DNA from: Nitrospirota bacterium
Lineage (GTDB): Bacteria > Nitrospirota > UBA9217
DNA length: 64,000 bases
Direction: 5' to 3'
Assembly: GCA_963737155.1 (NCBI GenBank)
Contig: CAVTRN010000001.1
Coordinates: 224,001-288,000, forward strand
In this document: positions 1 through 9,532 of the stretch, piece by piece
Numbering within the stretch: the stretch's first letter is position 1
Layout: every line of letters begins with the position of its first letter
Made by a program: the position numbers and the translations under genes
The notes under the pieces: generated by a model
Seen by the model: only the letters and a program-made list of their open reading frames with translations
Told to the model about the DNA's origin: nothing
The model's database searches: none

Positions 1-1601
1 ACTACGAGTCGCGCGGCACGGAAGATATGACTGCCGTTGTAAGCGGAGTCACCTATACTTTCCCGTACGGTGAAGCGGCGCTTGCCAACTGGATCCACAA
101 GATACACACTTCCCAGGCGACCGTGAGCGACGGCTCCTTTACTGCAGTGGAATATCCGCAGGATATCAAAAACTGCACGACATGCCACAGCGGAGGCGCG
201 GACAGTGCAAACTGGATGAATGAGCCGAGCGCCAAGGCATGCCTGTCCTGCCACAACCCGGCATACACGCTCGATACGACAATCGCAAACTATGGCGCAT
301 TGACGTCACCGACGACGACCCATCCGGGAGGACAGATTGGCCCGATCGGCTCCGGCTTAACAGACGACACCGAATGCAAGATGTGCCACTCAGCATCGGC
401 GATCGCAGGTTATCATGAAACGGATTTCGCCACGACGCACAACCCGGTCACGAGCGATCCGACCTTCAGCTATGTTGTAAGTTCCATAACCGTGTCGACT
501 AACGGCGCCCCGTACGTTACGTTTACGATCTACAAGAACGGAACGGCCGTGACGCTCAATTCCACGGGTTCGGGAACGATTCCTTTAACTGGCTTTACAG
601 GCGGTCCGAGCTTCGTTTTTGCATATGCATGCCCACAGGACAACATCACGAGCCCGTCTGACTGGAACAACAGCCACTCGAGCCCATCCAATTCGGTGAC
701 CCTGGTAAGCCTGGTCAGCGGAACGGGGGGCAGTCTGGTGGCCAATTCCAACGGCAGCTATACCGCCATGATCAGCAGCGCGACCTTCTCGGTCCCCGCA
801 AATGCGACAATGTTCACCGGTGCGCTTGCAGGGGCCTTCACTGACAACGGCGTAGCGCTGCCCGGACTGGCATCGATGGTGACTGCCAACGGATATACGC
901 CAAGGCGTGTCATCGTCGCCGCCAGCAGGTGCGACAGTTGCCACGAGCAGCTCGGCGCGCAGACCGAAACCTACAGCATCCACGGCGGGAGCTATAACAT
1001 CCCCATGTGCGCGATGTGCCATAATTCAAACCTGACCGGCAGCGACGGGTTTTCTGCGTCCTTCAGGGTGTGGTACCATGCGCTCCATGCGGACACCATC
1101 CGGACCGTTGCCTTCGAGGGCAACTCCGCGTTCCCGGCCATAGAGTATCCCGGTTCCCTGAGCAACTGCGAGGCGTGCCATCTCCCGGGCACCTACGATT
1201 TCAGCGCACCGCAGTATACGCCGTCCCTGATCGCCAACATGCTCCTGGTGACCGATGTTACCGGAACGCCCGCGGCAAGCGCCTTAGAGGCGCCTTACTT
1301 TACCGCGAATGGCGTGGCCAATTACGGGATCAGCGCATCAGTATCGTCTCTCGGCGTTTACACGGACGGCGCGTCCAACCTTGTTACATCGCCGATCACG
1401 GCGGTGTGCACGTCATGCCACGACAGCCAGGATGCACTTTCGCATATCGTGGAGAACGGCGGATCGTTCTACGCGCCTCGTTCCGTGGTCTTTACGACCA
1501 CCATGGACAACCAAGGAGAGTCCTGCCTGGTATGCCACGGACCGGGTGCTATTGAATCAATTCAGAGTGCGCACAACAACCTGGTTAACCAGAACCAGTA
1601 G
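1..1601 (+). CDS. OmcA/MtrC-family multiheme c-type cytochrome, 5' end outside the window
   Basis: Frame is open from the window edge (YESRGTED before the Met at 27). Eight CxxCH motifs are visible (CTTCH, CLSCH, CKMCH, CDSCH, CAMCH, CEACH, CTSCH, CLVCH) in two clusters separated by a heme-free beta-rich domain. IHKIH and YPQDIKNC motifs are typical of the family. Confidence 0.9.
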   Translation, partial: YESRGTEDMTAVVSGVTYTFPYGEAALANWIHKIHTSQATVSDGSFTAVEYPQDIKNCTTCHSGGADSANWMNEPSAKACLSCHNPAYTLDTTIANYGALTSPTTTHPGGQIGPIGSGLTDDTECKMCHSASAIAGYHETDFATTHNPVTSDPTFSYVVSSITVSTNGAPYVTFTIYKNGTAVTLNSTGSGTIPLTGFTGGPSFVFAYACPQDNITSPSDWNNSHSSPSNSVTLVSLVSGTGGSLVANSNGSYTAMISSATFSVPANATMFTGALAGAFTDNGVALPGLASMVTANGYTPRRVIVAASRCDSCHEQLGAQTETYSIHGGSYNIPMCAMCHNSNLTGSDGFSASFRVWYHALHADTIRTVAFEGNSAFPAIEYPGSLSNCEACHLPGTYDFSAPQYTPSLIANMLLVTDVTGTPAASALEAPYFTANGVANYGISASVSSLGVYTDGASNLVTSPITAVCTSCHDSQDALSHIVENGGSFYAPRSVVFTTTMDNQGESCLVCHGPGAIESIQSAHNNLVNQNQ

Positions 1602-1657
1602 GACGTAGCAAAAAAGCGGGGATTCTGCAACCCCAGCTTATACGATCTTATGATTCA

Positions 1658-1688
1658 GGGCGGACCCTTCGGGGCCCGCCTTTTTTTT
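1658..1688 (+). terminator. Rho-independent terminator after the cytochrome gene
   Basis: GC-rich stem ggcggaccc-ttcg-gggcccgcc followed by T8. Confidence 0.85.
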
Positions 1689-1796
1689 GTAGACGTGGTT
1701 TCCCAAAATGAGTATTCTGGGACCGTTCAAATCATTACATATTTCCAGGTGGACAGAAGCGCCCATCTAGAACTATTTTTAAATACAACGGAGTTG

Positions 1797-1973
1797 TCGA
1801 AGGCAGCCAAAGCCGCCATGAACTACCAGGACAAGCCGAAGGGCGACCGGAGTTGCAGCGATTGCAAGTTCTTTGTCCCCGGTAAGATGTCTACAGCCAA
1901 TGGCACCTGTCAGGTGGTCAAGGGTTCGATCGGCCCACCGGGTTGGTGTGCCGCGTATACCAAGAAATCCTAG
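1797..1973 (+). pseudogene. HiPIP (high-potential Fe-S protein) mature-domain fragment with no Tat signal
   Basis: YQDKPKGDRSCSDCKFF...CQVVKGSIGPPGWCAAY carries all four HiPIP cysteines and the GWC motif. The upstream part of the ORF overlaps the terminator and has no RR signal. Confidence 0.75.
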
Positions 1974-2112
1974 TGTAGCGTCTCCTAATAACTGTGCTAT
2001 ATGCATACTTCAATGCGCATCATTCCCAAGCCGTTCGCTTGCAGGAATGGCGCGATTGAAGGGGCTTTGCTTGGTGGAATCATAAAGCTAGACCAAAAGT
2101 GTCGCTTCTTTT

Positions 2113-2745
2113 ACCAGTTTATCGTTTCAGCTAAAAATTACAATTAATACAATTCTGCGACATCGTTATTTCCACTGGTGCACGGCTGGATATTCATTGA
2201 TTTTTAGAATGCCAGCCAAAATCCTTTGCTTAAGCTCCTCTACGAATTGCACCCTAATATGCCTTAAAAAATGTCCTTGCCATTTTGCCAAACAAAGTTT
2301 CTACCAGATTCAACCATGAGCCGTGTTTCGGCGTATGCACATAAATAAATCGATTTGGTTTACTCTTCAAGTATGCCATTGTCTCTTTTGAAATATGCGC
2401 TTAATGATTATCTAAAATAACCCGGATAGTGTTGCATATCTCCGATAATAAGCATCAAGTTCTTGAAGCAAAGATATGAACCCTTTGCTTCTGTGGCGCG
2501 GCTGCACCTGGGCAGTAACATGGCCATCATGCAGATCTAATGCCGCCAGAATGGATACGGTACCGAGACGTTTATATTCGTGACCACGTCGCAGGCTTCT
2601 CCGCTTCCCGGCGCAAGATCAGGAGCGGTGTTACTGATCGCCTGCACTCCGGGTTTTTCATCTACCGATACTGTTATTATAGGGGATAACTCACCTGCTT
2701 TCGCGAGTTGATTTTTGTACGTTTACATCCTGATAGACCCGCATC
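2113..2745 (-). mobile_element. IS630-family transposase remnant (frameshifted C-terminal half and probable right end)
   Basis: Minus-strand pieces across frameshifts: ITVSVDEKPGVQAISNTAPDL, HEYKRLGTVSILAALDLHDG, YVHTPKHGSWLNLVETLFGKMART, LRHIRVQFVEELKQRIL. Stop at 2166-2168. Confidence 0.85.
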
Positions 2746-3360
2746 TTCGATACCCTGTTGTTCGCGAACGAGCACTTTGAAGTCTGGCTCATGCGCTAGA
2801 TCCTTCTAAAAGTGAGTTTATACTGATCCAATGAAGGCCCTTGATGTGAATTTTGTCATAATCCTGGCATTCTATGATTCAACCGGAATTCGTTGATGTT
2901 GCCTTTCATCGAAACTCGTTTGCTTGTAGGTGCAGGTCGGATGACCAGAATTTTTAGGAAGGTGAATAATTCTGTTTGAATTATGGATATTGTGAAATGT
3001 CTTTTCTTGCATCAAGAACTTCCTCTTATGTAGTTATTGCTGTTGCGTTTTGCGTTGGACTTATCATCCGGAAACTTATAACCTACCAAAATAAACTCAT
3101 TCAGACTCATTCAACGTCGTGTAATGGCAAAATAGAAATGTCCTCGTTCAAGATACGCATACAGTTATTCAAATGCCACGAAAGCCAGTATTAATGCACC
3201 TGCAAATAATCTACATATCATAAACTACATAAAAGAAGTGGCAACTGTGTCTAATTGCCACGAGATCCTTAAAAAGCTCAGCTCGATTTCGACTAGAAGC
3301 GCTTTTAATGTAAAGACATAGGATATTTCTATTTTGGGTTGACAGGCTCATTCTACGTCG

Positions 3361-3389
3361 TTGACATCGCTCCGAATCAAGCATATATT
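3361..3389 (+). promoter_or_regulatory. Sigma70-type promoter
   Basis: TTGACA-17 bp-TATATT upstream of the CPXCG gene. Confidence 0.55.
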
Positions 3390-3451
3390 CGTAGCAGGAT
3401 ACAGGGATAATATTATTACCTGTTCAGCGTATAATGAAACGGGGATGGTGA

Positions 3452-3652
3452 ATGGCGGCGTTTCGTATGGAATCGATAAACAGCATGTGTCCTTATTGCG
3501 GTGAGCCTATTGAGCTTCTTGTCGATTGCTCTATAAGAAAGCAGAATTATGTTGAAGACTGTCAAGTTTGCTGTAAGCCAATTACAGTTAACGTAATCGT
3601 TGATGAAGATGGCTTCCCGTCTGTTCAAGTTTCACAGGAGGACGAAGGATAA
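3452..3652 (+). CDS. CPXCG-motif cysteine-rich small protein
   Basis: CPYCGE...YVEDCQVCCKPI pattern of the Cys_rich_CPXG family. Start may be 3467. Confidence 0.85.
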   Translation: MAAFRMESINSMCPYCGEPIELLVDCSIRKQNYVEDCQVCCKPITVNVIVDEDGFPSVQVSQEDEG

Positions 3653-3920
3653 CGAGTGCTGAGCCTTGTTTTCTCTGCGGTTACGTATTCAGCAACGGTA
3701 CGATTATTGGCCTTGTGGAATAGCTCACGAGAAGTTGATTCTCAGGATGCACACCCCTTTAGCGTTTGGTGTAATAGTTTAGATAAAATGTAGAAGGCCG
3801 ACATAATGTCAGGCTCGGAGGTGTGTTCGTTGCGAAGTGCGAAAGACGCATAACCCTTTTGAGACTCTAGAGTTCTGGCCCATTTAGGAACCATGACCAA
3901 TGAGATACGCTGAAAGCGAA

Positions 3921-4460
3921 ATGGTTAAATTGAAAGAAATCCAGATCTATACGGATGGCGCCTGCAAACGGAATCCCGGGCCTGGCGGATATGGAGTAGT
4001 TCTCCGATATAACGAGCATGAAAAGATCCTTTCCGGAGGATTTCGCTTGACCACAAACAATCGGATGGAGATGCAAGCCGCGATCGCAGGACTTGAATCC
4101 CTTTCCACTGCCTGTGCCGTTACCATCACCAGTGACTCAAAATATCTTGTTGATGCCCTAGGTCAGGGCTGGGCTCGCAAATGGAGAAGCAACAACTGGA
4201 AGAAGAGTGATGGTAAAAAGGCACTGAATCCGGACCTGTGGGCCAGGTTGCTGGATCTCTGCGATCGTCACCAAGTCAAATTTAGATGGGTCCGCGGTCA
4301 TGCCGGGCACCCAGAAAATGAGCGTTGCGACCAGATGGCAACTACCGCAGCTGCTGGAGAAGACCTACCCGTGGATGAAGGGTATGAACTAACCGCTATT
4401 TCCAGTGATGAGCGGCGTTCTGACACGGCAGATCGTATTCGTGAGGACCTGATGGTGTAG
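3921..4460 (+). CDS. rnhA: Ribonuclease HI
   Basis: [34 protein letters not shown] motifs. Start could be 3900 or 3921. Confidence 0.95.
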   Translation: MVKLKEIQIYTDGACKRNPGPGGYGVVLRYNEHEKILSGGFRLTTNNRMEMQAAIAGLESLSTACAVTITSDSKYLVDALGQGWARKWRSNNWKKSDGKKALNPDLWARLLDLCDRHQVKFRWVRGHAGHPENERCDQMATTAAAGEDLPVDEGYELTAISSDERRSDTADRIREDLMV

Positions 4461-4765
4461 AATTTTGATTGAGGTTTACAGTCAAGATATCTTCCTGAAG
4501 CCGTGGAGTTTTTAGTATTGGCAGCAATGTAATTTTCAATCCGTAATATGCGCCCTCAACCTGCATATAAGCCGTTCGGTAAACCCGTCTAAACCCTGAT
4601 CAGAAGCACCATTGTCAAATCCGGCTTGTCAGCTTGACAAGTCAAATGCGTAAGTTCATACTACTTATTGTATTTTGCCAGTAGTGGACGCGATCCAATG
4701 TGACTTTGTCTGACGCCACAAAGGGCTTGACACTATAAGGTTGTACGAAGCGCCATGAACGAGCT

Positions 4766-5770
4766 ATGATACGAAAGGTAAAAATAATTGATCTCAAAGT
4801 AGGCATGTACGTCATTATTCCGGACACATCGTGGAATCATCCGTTTGAGAAGAACAGCTTTCCAATCAAATCGCGTAAGGATTTGCAGCTGATTATCGAC
4901 AGCGGATATACTGAAGTACAGATAGATACCGAAAAGGGCATGCCGATCGAGGATTATGAGCTGGTAGGCCATGCGCAGGATCACGCCCTTGGCAGCAGGC
5001 AATGGAGCGTTGATAATCTGGTGCCGGACACGTTATGCCGCGCATTGGATGATAACACGCTGCCCGGACATCAGCGGGCAGCCATGATTTATGAGTCCAG
5101 CCACGTTCTGATCGAGAGGCTGTTTGACGATCCCCGCGCCGACAACATCAAGGTGGCCAGGCAGAATATCACCGGTATTGTCGACATGATACTAGCCCGT
5201 CAAGATGTCGCCACCCTGCTGTTTCGTCTGGCGTGCCATGATTTTTCTACCTATTCGCATTCTGTCAACGTAGGCATCCTCGGCACCGCACTATCATGGC
5301 TCCTGTATCATGGATCGGACGCGCATGACCTGCATGAGTTGGGAACGGGGTTCTTTCTGCACGACCTGGGAAAGGTGAAGATCGATCCTGCCATTATTGA
5401 GAAGCGGGGCATGCTTACGGAGCATGAGATGAGCATTATGCGGGCTCATCCCTGGCAAGGCTACAAGATCATGCTGAATGCGAATCAGCTTTCCGAAGAA
5501 TGTCGTATCATCACAGTCCAACATCATGAGCGGGAAGACGGGTTAGGTTACCCAAAAAGGCTCAAGGGCGATGAAATCCACCCGTATGCTCGCATCTGCT
5601 GTATCGCTGACGTATACGATGCCCTTACCTCAGACCGTTCCTATAAGCCCAGTCTGACTCCGGTTGAGGCACTGACGATCATGAAAGAGGAGATGCCCCA
5701 CCATTTCCATAAAGATCTCTTCGAGAAGTTCGTTTTGTTGCTTTCACGGGCTTCAGCCGGCACGCACTGA
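4766..5770 (+). CDS. HD-GYP cyclic-dinucleotide phosphodiesterase with DUF3391-like N-terminus
   Basis: LKVGMYV N-terminus; YSHSVNV, LHDLGK, HHEREDGLGYP, IADVYDALTSDRSYK. Confidence 0.92.
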   Translation: MIRKVKIIDLKVGMYVIIPDTSWNHPFEKNSFPIKSRKDLQLIIDSGYTEVQIDTEKGMPIEDYELVGHAQDHALGSRQWSVDNLVPDTLCRALDDNTLPGHQRAAMIYESSHVLIERLFDDPRADNIKVARQNITGIVDMILARQDVATLLFRLACHDFSTYSHSVNVGILGTALSWLLYHGSDAHDLHELGTGFFLHDLGKVKIDPAIIEKRGMLTEHEMSIMRAHPWQGYKIMLNANQLSEECRIITVQHHEREDGLGYPKRLKGDEIHPYARICCIADVYDALTSDRSYKPSLTPVEALTIMKEEMPHHFHKDLFEKFVLLLSRASAGTH

Positions 5771-5845
5771 CCGGCAGATACGATTTTGATAAAGTCCCAT
5801 AAGGCCCATAGCCCAACTCTCAACTCGCTCGTAGAAAGGAGTCCC

Positions 5846-5996
5846 ATGAAACTAAACAAGAATCTCGGCATGCTTTTAACGGGTATCTGGCTCATCTTAT
5901 CAGGATACAGCTGCTGAATCTCGGTTTTTCGGGACTCGGTACGCTCATGGCAACCTCTCAACCACGGCGGGCGCTCTGATCTTACTGGGGCGATAG
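5846..5996 (+). pseudogene. Small two-helix membrane protein with two frameshifts
   Basis: SD AGAAAGGAG precedes MKLNKNLGMLLTGIWLILSG, which continues in shifted frames as QLLNLGFSGLGTLMA and TTAGALILLGR*. Confidence 0.65.
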
Positions 5997-6294
5997 GCCA
6001 GAACACTCAATGACGGAGCCGCCGGTGAGTTTCCCGTTGATGCACATTTCAACTGGTTCTTTGCCTTTGTCACAATATTGATATTCCATACTTGCAGATT
6101 TTATATTCATATAATATTAGAGACGGCGCAGAATTCGTTTTGTATTATTGTATTTAATGTAAGGTATTCTATCAACAGCATCTTCCTGTAGGTGTTGACT
6201 TCGTCATTTTTATAACACTATAACGTTGCTGTAGTATTCTGTAATCTATATCTACGCATCACCATATCAGTACGACAACCATTTCTATTTTGGT

Positions 6295-6323
6295 TTGACA
6301 GAGAATTAAAGCAGGTGTACATT
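6295..6323 (+). promoter_or_regulatory. Sigma70-type promoter
   Basis: TTGACA-17 bp-TACATT. Confidence 0.6.
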
Positions 6324-6461
6324 CGCATGGATTATAGCGAATGGTGTGGCATGTTCATCGTTGAACTCATTGTTGAACTCAACAACATCCGATTCGTGGT
6401 ATTATTGAGGGTGGCTATCTGTAAAAATGGTTATTGAAAGTGATCACGAAGGAGATTGATC

Positions 6462-7232
6462 ATGAATGTGAAGCATTTGATTTTTGGTTTCTTCATTGTT
6501 GTTATGGCTGCAACATCTGTACAGGCAGTCCCGACGCAGATCACCGTGCGTGTGAAAGCCAAGGACGGCAAGTTTGTGGGAACTACCATGGGCGGTGTCT
6601 TAATCACTGTGAGGGACGTGCTGACCGGCGAACTCCTAGCCAAAGGCTATACCGCCGGCGGCACGGGTAACACCGTCAGGATCATGAAGACACCCGTATC
6701 GCGAGGCGTCCCCGTTTCTGACTCAAGCGCCGCCAAATTTACGGCAACCATTGATATCGCCGAGCCTACCTATGTCGAAGTGACCGCTTACGGTCCTTTG
6801 GCGGGCCTGCAATCCGCCAGCAAAATTTCCGCCACACAGTGGGTGGTCCCCGGAAAGGATATTACGGAGGGTGACGCTTGGCTCATGGAGATGCCGGGGT
6901 TTATCGTGGATGTTCTGGCCCCTCCCACACACTCGAAGCTTTCAGGCGTGCCGCAGACCGTCATCATTAAGGCCAATATCGTTATGATGTGCGGTTGCCC
7001 GATAACTCCGGGCGGTATTTGGGATGCGAATAAAATAGAAGTAAAAGCCCTCTTGAAAAAGAATGGGAAACAGGTCGGCGTCCTGCCAATGCAATATGCC
7101 GGCAGTCCCAGCCAGTTTTCAGGGACGTGGAGTATACCAGACGCAGGGATTTACGAAGCAACCGTGTATGCCTACGATGCCGCGACTGGCAATACCGGAA
7201 TAAACAGAGCGACATTCATGGTCGAAAAGTAA
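6462..7232 (+). CDS. Secreted hypothetical protein with MMCGCP motif
   Basis: SD AAGGAG 7 nt before ATG 6462; signal peptide ending VQA; beta-rich sequence; MMCGCPITPGG motif. Confidence 0.85.
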   Translation: MNVKHLIFGFFIVVMAATSVQAVPTQITVRVKAKDGKFVGTTMGGVLITVRDVLTGELLAKGYTAGGTGNTVRIMKTPVSRGVPVSDSSAAKFTATIDIAEPTYVEVTAYGPLAGLQSASKISATQWVVPGKDITEGDAWLMEMPGFIVDVLAPPTHSKLSGVPQTVIIKANIVMMCGCPITPGGIWDANKIEVKALLKKNGKQVGVLPMQYAGSPSQFSGTWSIPDAGIYEATVYAYDAATGNTGINRATFMVEK

Positions 7233-7730
7233 GGCATGAACCCAGCGTACGATAATTATTTTGATTCGTATAGATGCCGTGGTACCCGTAGACGTTCTTA
7301 CTGCGTCATCAACCAATAACGCATTAGCACATGATTCGGGACGAACTATCCCGAGACTGCAAGCACTGTGTAATACACCAGTGCATAATATAATCAGTAT
7401 TCTGCAACAGTTTTCATCAAGCTCGTCTTCAAGCTTGCAGGTGCACTGCGGAGTAACCACTTCATAAGGAAAATAATAAATCGCGTTTGTACTTTGCTAT
7501 GAGCTTTTTTCCTGGGAAAACTTATATAAAGCGAATCGTGACAGATTGTATATTTCATCTCGAATTTGTTACTCATGATTGAATATGATGCTGTAAGGCC
7601 TCAAAGCGTCTATTTTTACGATAGTATTATTTAGAAACGAAGGGACTTGCTTGCCCCGTAAATATCAGTCGGGGATATGCCCTTCCAACTGGGTCGTACA
7701 CATGACCTAACTTTGAAGGAGATTTAGCCG

Positions 7731-8243
7731 ATGAAGAGCGAAAGAAATCTTAAGGATGTAGTCGCACGTAGGATCGAGTTCTTCAGGAAAAAACCTGAAG
7801 CTGCAATCTACAAGCCGAAGGTCACCTCCCGTCATATTAAAAATCTCTATACCGAGTCAATGGCTCGTGAGCATCTTGTGAAGTCTGATTATGGTGAAGC
7901 AGCCGGAGGAGATAACCAGGCGCCGAACCCTATAGAACTTCTCCTCGCCGCCGTCGCGGCATGCATTGAGGCCGCTTTTTATGAGTTTGCCGTGCATGAA
8001 GGCTTTACAATCAATGCACTAGCCGTAGATGTAGAAGGCACGCTTGACCTTAGAGGTTTTTTCATGCTGGATGATGTATCAGCTGGATTTAAAGACCTGC
8101 GGTACACGTTTAATATAGAAAGCCCTGATGATGAAACCAGGATACGAGAATTCGCAGAAAAGGTCATAGCCCATTGCCCCGTTGTGGATAGCCTGAAAAA
8201 ACCTACCCAAGTGTCGGGCCAGATAACGGTCGTGAAAGGATAG
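7731..8243 (+). CDS. OsmC/Ohr family protein
   Basis: PNPIELLLAAVAAC and HCPV cysteines; GTLDLRGF; SD GAAGGAG. Confidence 0.92.
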   Translation: MKSERNLKDVVARRIEFFRKKPEAAIYKPKVTSRHIKNLYTESMAREHLVKSDYGEAAGGDNQAPNPIELLLAAVAACIEAAFYEFAVHEGFTINALAVDVEGTLDLRGFFMLDDVSAGFKDLRYTFNIESPDDETRIREFAEKVIAHCPVVDSLKKPTQVSGQITVVKG

Positions 8244-8539
8244 TAAATCTACAAGATCTGGTAATTATAATAATCTCAATTAATCCCCTTCCTTCCAGTT
8301 GTTCACTTATGAGGGGCGTAACATGAGAGTAAAGTTTCATTCAGTAGTCTATGCCCTTCACAAAATTGCAATGCATGCAAGAGGGAAACTAGATGACAGT
8401 TGATGAAGTTCTTTTTATTTGCGTATTGACCGCAGCCATCAATAAATAATGCCGATTCCCGCATCAAAACAATTGAACGATGGATTAGTTTAAGACAACT
8501 TTACTGGATTCCATTTGAGTTTGCCACCAAGGATATCGA

Positions 8540-9006
8540 TTGCTGACTGTTTTCGTAGATGCTGACGCATGCCCTGTGAAACAAGAGGTCTACCGGGTTG
8601 CAGCCAGGTATCATATAGTTGTCACCTTGGTGGCCAACTCTTGGATGCAGGTGCCCAGAGAGGATAGAATCGTACTTCAAGTTGTCGGCAATGGGCTAGA
8701 TGAGGCCGACAACTGGATTGTTGCCAATGTTACTCCCCACGACATTGTGGTCACGGCTGATATTCTTCTAGCGAGCCGATGCATCAAGGCAGGTGCGTAC
8801 GCAATCAGTCCAACTGGGAAGGCCTTCACCGGGGAAAACATCGGAGATGCTGTCGCAACGCGTAACCTGCTTGCAGAGCTGCGTGGGAACGGCGAATCAC
8901 TGGGGGGCCGGCACCCTTCTCCAAACGCGACAGATCAAGCTTTTTGCAGAAACTGGACCAGGTGATTCAGGTGGTTCGGCGCGAACATCCCAGCAAAGTC
9001 GGCTAG
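8540..9006 (+). pseudogene. YaiI/YqxD (UPF0178) family gene with a 1-bp frameshift
   Basis: FVDADACPVK and VVTADILLA motifs. The family C-terminus TGGPAPFSKRDRSSFLQKLD is in another frame after about 8895 and stops at 9004-9006. Confidence 0.8.
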
Positions 9007-9532
9007 AGGTGTGCTTTAGGTTGTCAGGTGAACCATAAGAGTGGAACCGGATTTCTTATTAGGCGGTCTGAAACAATGGGCGAAAATTCATTTTGAAATG
9101 TGCAATTATTTCATTCATAATAATAACGCGATCTTCTTCCATACATCTACCCCTAAAATCCATCGAAATAATTAACATAATTGCGCATCAGGCATATATT
9201 CATAAATATTCAAAACAATTAATAGTGAAGGAACCCTATGGCTAAGGTTATCGAAACGTGGAACATTATAGGTTAGGTGGGAGAACCTTTAGGGTCTTTT
9301 ATCGGAGGAGGCAAAAACCCCCATCGACACTTTATCAGATCCCGTTTGTCAGTATTATTGATAATTAGTATGTCTTACGAAGGGGCTAAGTAAGCTCAAC
9401 TGAGGCAGGTGAGAAACAGAATATCTCGTCAATTGATGATACCGGACTGTTTCTTACAAGTCTTCCACACATGAAAATAAAATGCACACTTGCTTGCTGT
9501 TTCCGGCAATTTAACGGGATCATCAAAGCATG

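Noticed and set aside
1650-1796. N-terminal half of the 107-aa ORF as a real HiPIP leader
   Set aside because: It runs through the terminator hairpin and T-tract and has no SD or twin-arginine signal, so it looks like a chance in-frame extension.
2976-3194. 72-aa TTG-start ORF
   Set aside because: No recognisable motif and lies in decayed AT-rich DNA; cannot be supported as a gene.
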